A DNA stretch of 64,000 bases from Hemiscyllium ocellatum. Lineage: Eukaryota. The notes under the pieces were generated by a model that had not been told where the DNA came from, ran no database searches, and worked only from the letters and a program-made list of their open reading frames with translations. The first letter of the stretch is position 1. Each line of letters opens with the position of its first letter. Positions 50,521-61,447 of this stretch are shown here, piece after piece. The DNA is taken from contig NC_083428.1 of assembly GCF_020745735.1 (NCBI RefSeq), forward strand, positions 25,854,001 to 25,918,000. The letters run 5' to 3'. The translations under genes and the position numbers were made by a program.

Positions 50521-50811
50521 GCTTCAGCTGAATCTCTTCATCTGGAGACTGTCTGGCAGTGACTGGAAGTTACTGCTGGTCCTGGGCTTGATGGTGCATC
50601 TGCTCCTCCTTCATTCCTTGCTTCCTCATTGCATGCAGCGACAGCAACAATAACCCTTGCTGTATCTGGATCCACCAGTTATGTCTGCAATAGATCTGTG
50701 CAGGGAACATAAGAAACAGGAAAAGCCCTTTGTAAGCAGTCAGCATTCCCATTTCTCACAAATGGTGATTTATGATACTTCTCCATACAGTGAGATATGT
50801 CACAAGAAGGG

Positions 50812-52140
50812 TCATAGTGTCATAGAGTCATACAACGCAGAAAAGGCCCTTCAGCTCATCGTGTCTCATAATAACTACACTAAAGGTGTGCTAATCCCAG
50901 TTTCTTGCACTTGTCCCACATCCTTCAATGCTATGATATTGCAACTGCTTGTCAATGTATTTTGTGAAGGTTGTAAAGTATCCGGTCTCCACTAGCTTCC
51001 CAGGCAGTGCATTCCCAGGTTCCCACCATCCAACGAGTGAAAAAGTATTTTTCCAAATCCCTCCTGAATCTCCTGCCTGTTACTCTGAAACTATGCCTCC
51101 TCATGATTGACCCCTCAACCAAGGGGAACAGCTGATCCCTACTCACCTTATCCCTGCCCCTCATAATCTGTGATGCCTCAATCATGTTTCCCCTCAGTTT
51201 TCTCTGTTCTGAAGAAAACAATCCAAGTCTATCTAGCCTTTCCTTATAGTTCAACTGCACCAACTCAGGAAATATCTTGGTGAACCTCCTCTGTATCCCT
51301 TCTAGTGATATTACATCCGTCTTGCAATGAAGTGACCAGAACTGCACATAGTACACCAGTTGTGGCCCAACCAACACCCTGTACAACTCCAACATTACCT
51401 CCTTGCTGTTATACTCTATGCCACAACTGATGAAAACAAATGTCCCATATGCCTTTTTAACTATCCTATTCATGTGTTCTTCCAACTTCAGGGATCTGTG
51501 AATAATTACCCCAAGATCCCTCTAAGCTTCCCAATTTCCTGCCTTTCATTAAATATTCCCTCATCATGGTTTTTCTTCCAAAGTTCATCACCTTGGACTT
51601 ACCAAGGTTAAATACGAAATGGTACTGCTCTGCCCATCTGAGCAACTCATTGAGATCTTCCTGTAACCTACAACAATGTTAGTTACTATTAACCACCCTA
51701 TCAACCTTGGCATTGTATGCAAACTTGCTAACTAATCCTTAATCTTGTCATCTATATAATTTCTGTATGTAACAAACAATAAGGGTCCCAGTACTGACCT
51801 TTGTGGTACACTACTGGACACCAGCCTCTAGTCACTCAGACAGCCTTCTACTATTACACATTGTGTCCTATTATGATGCGAGTTTCTGATACATTTCATC
51901 AAGCCTCCCTCAATTCCATGTGCTTTAACCTTCTCAATCAGCCTCTCATGTGGGATCTTGTCGGAAGCTTTGCTAAAATCTGTATAAACTACATCAGCTG
52001 AATTTCGCTCACCTACACACTTGATCACATTTCAAACAAATTTCTTAGGCATGACTTCTCTCTGTCAATGCCATGCTGACTGCCTTTAATTGATCCAATC
52101 TTTTCCAAGTGGATAATAATTCTCTCCTTCACCACGGAGA
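50812..52140 (-). mobile_element. CR1 LINE fragment
   Basis: ORFs 50952..51485 and 51828..52028 (DVVYTDFSKASDKIPH). Confidence 0.9.
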
Positions 52141-55139
52141 ATGGTACTTTGACATTGTCTCTTATTCTGATGAATACAGCATCAGTTGTGTTGCAGAGAC
52201 ATTAGGAGATTTTATATGCTGGATAAGTACTAAGTGCTGTTGACCAATATTTGCACCATACATAATTGTAGACTGTATGACATTTACATGCATAATGAGC
52301 TGATTGCAAATGACATCAACCTGTATTCTGCAAGAAAGTGAATAATGTCATCCCCATTCCCCCTCTCATCCATCAAAAGCGAAGCTGTGTGTTGACACAG
52401 AATGTACATGCTGACTTCACCCACTCCAACCATTTTCTATTTGTAATTTGCATTTAGGAATTGTGAGAATGTGAAAGGATAAGCCTTGTTAATCAATGGC
52501 CCCATGCAAATCTCCAAGTCCCATTTTACCTGGCACTCTCTGGACAGACCATCACGCTATTCCCAACTTGTTCCCGTACACTACTTGGAGCTCTACCTGT
52601 AACTCTTGCCCTTATCCTCGTAAGACCCTTCCTACACTTCAGACCTACCCATGATCATAATCCAAACAGTTCTAATTGAGTGTGACTGCGTGTGGGTGTG
52701 ACTGCGAATACCCCTCACTTCTCTGCGAATAACAGTATCCCATGTATTCTGGGGCAATACCATCTCCCTACTTATATATCGCTTCCAACCCCCTCACCGC
52801 CTTTTAACCTAGGACAGACCATAGTCCACCAACACTCCACCCCCCCGACTGACTTGGACAGACAGCCTGATTGATGACTGACCAGACCCCGGCCTCCTGT
52901 CTGTGTGGCTTCCTGACTGATGGACAGTGAATCCTCTGCCTGCTTGCTCTAGACTTGCAGGATTGACCATGGCCTCCTCCACAGACTATAGTGAGACGTA
53001 CTCCCTGACAATGAAGCTGACGACTGACTGCACCCAAGCTCCTGAACTGATCACAGATACTGCATGTACTAACTATATTGGCTGACTGTACTGGGATTCC
53101 CTGACATTCGTTTCGATTTGAGACAAGGCCATTTGATTTATACAGATGCTGTGTGTTTGCCATGCATTTTGCTGACCAATGCTGTCAGTGTGAAATTGAC
53201 ATAGGAGGTTGCTATGCAACAATGCGTCCATCCACTTGATTGACAACTGCTGACAACCAGGCAAGGCGGCTGATTTTACGTCTGCACTAAACAATAAGGC
53301 AAGACAGAGCTGTGAGCCTTTATGGTATAGCTAAAGGGGCAAAGTGCCAAAAGACAAGGCAAGGCAGGGATGCTACGGGCACTGAAGTTGGCAAGAGGCA
53401 AACTCATACTGAGAGAGATGAGCAGTCCTGAGGTGCTCCCAGTACAAACCATGAGCTGAAACTGCATGCAAGGCATCCTTGCAGTGACATTAAAATGAAA
53501 AGTGTAGGTGTGCTGCAAAGTACAGCACTGCAGTGCAGAAGCACACTGTAGAGATGTGCCTGGAATCCAAGTTAGAGCAAGTGGTGAGCAGGAATCAGCA
53601 AGTAACCGTTCTGATTTTCACATCAGGAATTCAATGTCTGAATTCTATTTGGTAAGTGGGAGAATGGGAAACTGCTATCAATGAGGTGGGATTAAGTAAT
53701 AATGAGGGTGAAAGTGAGCAATAATCCATCCAAAAATGTCACTTGCGTGTGAGAATCTCATCTTGTTGTTCAACACTTGGTTGGAAAACAAGACATTTTA
53801 CTCCTAATATCGAGCAAGTCTTGGTGGATATCTCCCTTCATTTTCCCAACTTTCTTATCATAGCCCACATCATTTAGAGTTTGGGAAGATTCTCCCCTAA
53901 CTATAGTTTTAAGTGATGGAAAATTGGAAAGACCCTATCCATGATTCCTTCATAAAATTTGCTTCCTGTCAAATCATGTCTCATAAATCCAATCTAACAT
54001 TAAAATGACTTCAATAATTCACAACAGTGTCCAGACCAGGGATACCCAAATATTTATTGCAATTTTAGCAAGTTTTCAATGCCTAGAGGAATATGATTTG
54101 CATGTCAAAAGACAGAAAAAGCAGAAGATGATCTGGGGAAATTTGGGGAAATTAAGACAGCACATGGAATGGGGATTCATTTGTTTCAAATTGCCAAATC
54201 TGATAATTAATGAAGTTGCCCCTTGGCAACATTCACTGAATTTGATTCCAGCCCAAAACCCATTCGCAAAGCAGCTTTTAAAAAAGTTATATCCTGGAGA
54301 TTTAAACACAACTTTTATACAATGAGCAGTTCACCTTCTCCAAGCGATAAATGGTAACAAGAACTAGGTTACTTCAGATTAGCTTGAAATACAAATGACC
54401 TCTTTTTATTGATTCTCATGACACAGTTACCATTGTGGAATATGAGGAATAAAATAGAGACCAGGCTGTCAGAATAATCCCAATCCCATCATGTGCATTT
54501 CAAGAGAATATAAAGTGGAGCAAATGCTCATGCTGTCAAGTACCGGCATTTGTTGATTCATCATCATTCTAATCACCTTCAGGGATTTCAGTTTTAATGT
54601 TGCTTAATTGTTTTACACACCAAAATATCCTTTGTACAAGTAAATGAAAACAGGTTCAACCTGGTATGTGCTATTTTTCAAATGCCCAGAATGATAATGA
54701 TAGGGTGCATCAGATTAAACAATGTTTCACTTGCGCAAGCCAAACTTCATTTCTTGATAGTTTTACTTTGAATGGTTGGTCAGCAATTACTTTGAATGTT
54801 CTGTTACTGAGTAATGCAAAACAAAAAAACTTGTTAGTTAACCCTGTAATCTATACCGTGTTCATGAACACGTTTTCTTAATGTAAAAGTTATTACTCAG
54901 ACACAGTGGGTTCCCAGTCTGTTACCAAACAAACTGCAGCTATCCCATGCTGTTGAAGAAACTCTGGTTCTGCTGTAGCAGTGTATACATAATAAACGTT
55001 AATACTAAGGTTCAAGATCTTGGTTTGCAAATACAATAAGCCATCTTTTTTGCTTTCATTGTGCACATCAGGATCATGGACTTAGCACCACTTTGTCTCT
55101 GAACTGAAAATCAAAACACCTTCACCAAAAGCATCTACT

Positions 55140-55225
55140 TCCACAGCAGAAACCACTCCTGATTGGTCTACACTGATTCATCCTTTAGCTGCAAATTTAT
55201 TTCAAAATTCTCATTCTTGTCTGCT
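55140..55225 (+). mobile_element. L2 LINE ORF2 remnant
   Basis: LIGLH*FIL*LQIYFKILILV resembles the L2 C-terminal LHWLP...IxFKILxLV motif. Confidence 0.45.
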
Positions 55226-56084
55226 GCCCTCTTCCTTTGCAACATCGTCCAAACTATCATCCTGTTCGCATCTTCCGTCGTCTAACATTAATCTTCAATG
55301 AATATCCGTCTTCCTATCATAGCTGGTGACACACTTAATTTCCTGTTCAAGCATTCTAGAGCTCTTTCATCATTGAAAAATGACCTGAAATCTGTACCTC
55401 ACATTCCAAATCTATCCAAACTTTAGCAAAAAGATCAGTGTAGATTTAAGGCAATTGGTAATAAGACTAGAGGGGAGATGTGGAACCCAAAGTATAGTAG
55501 GAGTCTGGAACCTATGGCCTGGAAGGGTATTAGAGGCAGAAACCCTCAACACATTTAAAAGGTTTTTGGATATGCACTTCAGTGCAGCAATCTTCAGGGT
55601 TGTGGAGCAGATGTGGGAAAGTGAGATGAGGCTCACTTGGATTGTTCTCAGCTTGTGCAGATGTGGAAGGCCAAGTATCCACTCTCTTGTGATAATGATT
55701 CTATAGTTCTATGGATTTCTCCTTCCTTGTCACAATCCAAATCACTGTTAAAGATTACTCCCATAATCTAGCACTGAAATAAAATAAATTGAAGAAGGAA
55801 TATTATCTACTTTCTAATATTTAGATTAGCATTACTCTGCTATTTTGCAATAATATCAAAGCACTGAGGATAAATTTAATCCAACGTTGACATACACATT
55901 TATTTCTCACTAGCTGAAACAATATTAACTTTAAAATCACCCTCCTCATTCCTGGAACAGAAAACACACTAAGTTTATTGCCAACTTATTTATATATGAA
56001 TAGTATACCTTGAAATTTCATTTTGAACCCACCTGTGCTTCAAGGCTCAAGCCAAAACTTGTCATTAGACACCCTATGATTGAG

Positions 56085-56145
56085 TGACGTACCAGATATT
56101 AAAGGATTTATATAAAAGGAAGTGCAACTAGCCTCATACAGTTCT
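56085..56145 (+). promoter_or_regulatory. Putative Pol II core promoter of the mucin-like gene (CRE-like TGACGT, TATA box, Inr-like CAGTT)
   Basis: TGACGTAC at 56085-56092; TATATAAAAG at 56109-56118; CAGTTC about 30 nt downstream; ATG of a signal-peptide exon about 70 nt after the TATA box. Confidence 0.6.
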
Positions 56146-56181
56146 TATTAAGCATCATTGTGTCAATTTCTTGTAAGTAAA

Positions 56182-56251
56182 ATGTTCTGCAAAACGTTTT
56201 GTTCGAAGTCATTGTTATGGAGTATTTTAATTTTGGGGATTTATCTCTCAG
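56182..56251 (+). CDS. Exon 1 (signal peptide) of a secreted or surface mucin-like protein
   Basis: Translates to MFCKTFCSKSLLWSILILGIYLS plus 1 nt (basic N-terminus, hydrophobic core). It ends in a strong donor CAG|GTAAGA. The phase-1 junction splices in frame to the acceptor at 61447/61448, giving ...IYLSDSSA-KTTK with a plausible signal peptidase site. Confidence 0.75.
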
Positions 56252-56625
56252 GTAAGAAAAGTATCCATTTATTTATTGCCCACATGCTCTGGATTGGTTT
56301 CCAGAATATGCAGTATGTTACTTAAATTTAAAATGCAAATTGAAGGTACTTAGAATGTTATCCTTAGAATTTGTTTTCTTTGGTGTAACTTACATGAGAA
56401 CGTTTGCTTTTAACAACAGAAACAAAGTTATTCCTGAGAAATTATTTTTGAGATGCAAAGGATTAAACTTCAAAATTGCTAATTACAATGTCATTTATCT
56501 GACAACATCTGTATCAGTATCCACGTTCAATAATATCATAGAAATAAGTGAACGAAATGATTCAACAATGGATTTGTTGAATTTAAGATAAAAATTCAAA
56601 GTAGCTTAACATGAACTGACATGCA

Positions 56626-56839
56626 TGATGTGGAGGTGCTGGTGTTGGACTGAGGTGGACAAAGTCAGAAGCCACATAACATCAGGTTATAGTCCAACAG
56701 ATTTGTTTGGAATCACATAAGCATTTAGAGCACAGCATCTATGACAGATTAGTGCACCTGCTGAAGGGGCTGCCCTCCTAAAGCTTGTGTGATTTCAACC
56801 AAACCTGTTGGGCTATAACTGGTGTCATATGACTTATGA
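56626..56839. mobile_element. Palindromic element (AGCT hammerhead family), decayed, in intron 1 of the mucin-like gene
   Basis: Inverted arms as at 20160; cacCTGCTGAaggggctgccctccTAAAGCTTgtg at 56755-56789. Confidence 0.75.
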
Positions 56840-57349
56840 ATTGATACAAAATGCAAGATGAAAGTAATGAAACTTTGGCTAATTTTATTGATTAGCTGCC
56901 ATTTAAACAGTTACTCTTTGCTACACTATTTTCTCTGTCAAACACATGGAAAGAGAATATCTGTTCCATAGTATTCTTTTAAATATTGCTTACATTGGGA
57001 TTTTATTGAAGAAAGTAACATTTGTGCCTGAGTGTGTACCTAAAGGCCACAGTATGGGTCAGGTGAAAAAAAAAGTAATTAGAGGAACATATTCACTTTG
57101 AGCTGGGATTAGTTCTTCAATGTTTATTGTCCTCTACCCTTACTCTGTTTTTTCAACTAAGGGTAGGTTACTGCTTCAAATGCACTGATGGGCATGATGT
57201 CATACAGTTATCTTCCAGTCTGTAACTGCTTTCTTCTGTGTTTAACATGAGAGTCTGAAGTAGCATTGCGAACTTCTACAGAAAACATGCTATAGCTAAG
57301 ATGTCCATTGTGTAGTTCATTATTAGTATAATTCCATAAAGATGTAAGC

Positions 57350-57745
57350 ATCAGCTATGGTTTAGAGCAAGCAAACATATTTCCAAAGTCATAAAGACTG
57401 TGGGTTTAAATTCCATTCAGAAGCTTCTGCACGAATTCCAGGCTTACAATCCTGTGAATAACTGAGTGAGTGCTGCATTACTGGAAGTTCCAGCTTTCAG
57501 ATGGAATGCTAAACTGAGGCACAATCTAAACTCTCAAATGGATATTGATGATAACATGGCACTGTTTTAGAGATGGTCCATCATTTAAAATGTATATTCT
57601 CTGATGACTATCAAATTGGTGTTTGTGTGATCCAATTATGCATAAATTAATGTTTTCAACATTATAACATTGACTACTCATCAAAAGTACTAAATTGTTT
57701 GTCCTGAGATTGTGAAAGATACTATGTAAATATAAATCTCTCATT
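57350..57745 (+). mobile_element. Ancient Deu-domain SINE (SacSINE1/AmnSINE1-like)
   Basis: ACTGAGTGAGTGCTGCA...CTTTCAGATG...TAAACTGAGG...CTCTCAAATGGA...CATGGCACT core and an L2-like GTGAAAG..CTATGTAAAT tail. A weaker copy lies at ~14660-14885. Confidence 0.6.
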
Positions 57746-58369
57746 ATCTGGCTGTATCATTGTTCAGATAAAATCAGTTTTAAGGTAATGTTCTGCAATA
57801 ATGCAAATTTGAAAAAAACCAAAATTGAACTAATACCCACTTCTTGACTTTCAAACAGCCCAAAGCATCTCACGAGTAATAAGGTATTTTTTGAGCAATG
57901 GACACTCTTGTATATTAAGAAAGTATGACAAGTTCATCATTTTGGGACCTTTCAATGAATTTAACTTCGAATTTGACTCCACAAAATTCCTTTCTCGAGG
58001 AACCCTTATAAGGACTTGCGATGTGAGCATTTTTGCAAATTATGTGGAATACTGTTTTTCTTCCTTCTAGTTCTACTCAGATCCCCTCCATCAGCCCTTT
58101 CTCTGGTCCTATAGCAGAATTTGTTCGTGGTCTCACCCTGAACTGGAAAATTTGCTCAACACTTATTCCAGTTTTCACAATTTCCTTGCCTTCAACTGGA
58201 GTATTTCCTAATCTCTCCTTTCCCTCACCGTCTCCCTCTCTTCATTTCTGAAAAGGGGCTGTTGAACAACATCCATTATAAACTTACTTTTTCCTGCAGC
58301 TGCCTTGACTACATACATTTATTAATGATCCTACAACATTGTGCCAATTTCTGTGGTAGACATTCATAG

Positions 58370-58665
58370 AAAGAATCCCTACAGTGCAGAAAGAGGCCAT
58401 TCAGCTCATTGAGTCTGCACCAACCCTCCAAATAGCATACGACCCAAATCTACCTACCCAGCCTATCCCCGTAACCCTGCATTTACCATGGCCAATCCAC
58501 ATAACCTGCACATCTTTGGACTGTGGGAGGAAACCGGAGCACGTAGAGAAAACCCATACAGACATGGGAGAAAGTTCAAGCTCCACACAGTCACCCAAGG
58601 CTGAAATTGAATCCAGAAATCCAGGTACTGTGAGGCAGAAGTGTTAATCATTGAGCCACTGAGTC
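58370..58665 (-). mobile_element. HE1-type V-SINE
   Basis: V-domain and head. Confidence 0.85.
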
Positions 58666-59019
58666 ATCTCCAACTCAGCAATCATAGGGCAGAAATTCAA
58701 GATAATTTGAAATTAAAATCAGAGTGCAATTAGGAAAAAAACATTACTAAATGAGTTGTTATGATTGCGAATGCATGTTTTGATGAATGTTGGGTGGATT
58801 ACACAGAAATATTCAAGAGAATTGGCTGTGTCGGGGGGAGACTCATAGGGCTTGATTTGGCATGCTCCAGCCAAGCTTCGTCTTGATGGTGATGCTCCCT
58901 CCAAAAGAGGGACAAAATGTTCCTAATCCAAACATTTACCCCACCCCCACAAATGCGTAATGGTTGTGGGTTGGGCTTGTTTTGGTTGTGTTTACAGTGA
59001 GCAGTGCACCCCATCTCGT

Positions 59020-59760
59020 GGAAAATTCAGCCCATTATGGCATAGGGCACACAAGGAGATTCTACTGCCTATTTAGTCCATGCTCTCTCTTTCTAGATTC
59101 CCATACTTCTGTCCTATGGCATTGTAAATTCATTTCCCTCAAATTCCCGTCCGTTCTCCTTTTGAAATCATTCACCATCCTTATTTCCACCATCCTCATA
59201 GGAGGTGTGTTCTAGGTCACTGACTCTTACTGCATACAAAAATAAGAGTTCTTTCTCAGATCCTACTTGCATTTATTGCCCAAAAACTTAATTCTATGTC
59301 TATTAGCCATATATCATTAATGATGAGTGCAGCTTTTTAAAAAATTTTGTTATTTAAAACCTGTTACAATCTCGAAGACTTCTATCAAATCTCCTCTCAA
59401 TTCCTTTGCTCCAAGAAGAACAAGTCCAGTTGCTCCAAATTACCCGCATCGGTTATCCTTCATTCGAGGGCACTTGTGGTCCAATAGTATGGGAGTATCT
59501 TTTTCTCTCAGTCAGAAGATCCAATTTTAAGTTCCCACTGCTCCAGAATTGTGTAATAACAATTTTATTATCCCTGAAACCATTCTGGTAAATGTCCTCT
59601 GTGTCCTCTCAAGGATTCTCACAGCTTTGCTGAAGTGTGGTAACCAGAAATGGATGCAATGATCAAGCTGTGGTTTAACCAAAGCTTTATGCAGGTTTAG
59701 AATTATTCCCTGTTTCTGCGCTCAAGCTATTCATTTATAAAATCCGAGATTTAATATGCT
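59020..59760 (-). mobile_element. Decayed CR1 3' fragment
   Basis: Reverse complement gives KALVKPQLDHCIHFWLPHF. Confidence 0.6.
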
Positions 59761-60082
59761 TTGCCATCTTCAAAAATCCAAACATTTGCCCTATCTTGAA
59801 AAAGAATTTCACTTTTGCCACTTTCTAATATTCTGTAATTTCATTTGCAGAATTTAACCTGCAACCATTAGAAGGCCTTTTTTTTTACAGCATGATCTCT
59901 ATCTCTCTCAATATCCAAGGGATCCTGGCTTTAGCTCCCCTACCTTTCATCCTTGTTAGAATGGAACTAATCTGCAACTGAACTATCTCCATAATAGTCA
60001 TCCATTATATTTTTCTTCCTGACAATCTCTGGTTCCATTTCATCCAGGCTGATTTCTTTTCATCCTATTGAAGTTTTTTTTA

Positions 60083-60385
60083 ATAGATTAGATTACTTAC
60101 AGTGTGGAAACAGGCCCTTCGGCCCAACAAGTCCACACCGACCTGCCGAAGCTCAACCCACCCATTCCCCTACATTTACCCCTTTATCTAACACTACGGG
60201 CAATTTAGCATGACCAATTCACCTGACCTGCACATCTTTGGACTGTGGGAGGAAACCGGAGCACCCGGAGGAAACCCATGCAGACACGGGGAGAATGTGC
60301 AAACTCCACACAGTCAGTCGCCTGAGTCGGGAATTGAACCCGGATCTCTGACGCTGTGAGGCAGCACTGTGCCACCGTGCCACCC
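60083..60385 (-). mobile_element. HE1-type V-SINE (young)
   Basis: Near-identical to the copies at 41053 and 46247. Confidence 0.95.
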
Positions 60386-61447
60386 ACAAAGTTACTCTCT
60401 TTCAATTTAAAAGTTGTAGTCTATATTGTTCTTTGCTTGTTTCCACTTCTGATCTAACTCTTCAGGTCTAATGTTCACTCTTATCGAAGTGGAATTCAGT
60501 CTACCTCATTTCTCAACCCCTGATCCAGGCAATGCCTCCTTCCTCTTTGCTGGTCAAGAATTTCTCTCAAATGGTCAGAAGTCTATCTTCTCTTTGGCCT
60601 TTTCATTTGATATTTGGGTAATTGAAGTATCCAATATCACCATTTTATAGTTATTGAATAACTCTGTGATTTACCTGGTGGTTTGTTTTGGTAAATATCC
60701 TTGTCAATATTTGGAGATCTTATAGAATTTCCCAGTTGTATTTCACTTCCCAACTCTAAGCAAACAATTTATGAAAAATGAAAAGAATGCAGTACTGTGG
60801 AGAAGTGCAGGAGGTGAAACTAATTGATTGTTTTTTTGAACATCAGGCACAGGCACAATGATGCTTTTATTTAGAACAATGTTAGAAGTCTTGATTTGAA
60901 CTGCCCTTGCATTATCCTGCTTATCTCAGTGTAGCACACCTCTTCCAACAGCTGGCCAGAGCCTCAGTCACACAGATTAGCCCTCTTACCTGTGGAGTCT
61001 GACTGTTATCCTGAATTTGAAAAGAGGTAGCAGAAGTTAATTAGTGGTCCTAGACCAATTAACAAGCCCCTTTGGTGAAAATATCAAAAGTGGATAGGTA
61101 TTAGCAGGATTCAGGACCCTCATTTGATTCCAACATCTGAATCCCTTCCTGAAACTGTCGGCACATATTTCTGCTGTATGGAGGTGGCACTTGGGTAACA
61201 AATAAGATACAATTTTCAAAAACGAACATCATAAAATAGAGCTGCAGAGCATCATTGAATATGATTATCAAAAATAACAAGAAAACCTGACAAGATCAGG
61301 AACATACTGCAGATGAATATTTGACCAATCCCAGCACTACAACGATGTCAAACCTGCCTAACACTGAAAAACAGCTTTTCAAGGCAATAAGGTTTACGTT
61401 TTTAATCACAGAGTATTTTTAACCTTTTATTAATATTGTTTCTACAG

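Noticed and set aside
5283-60405. Recurring short ORFs (LDCGRKPEHPEETH..., CVEFAHSPR...) as a gene family
   Set aside because: Incidental translations of HE1 SINE copies.
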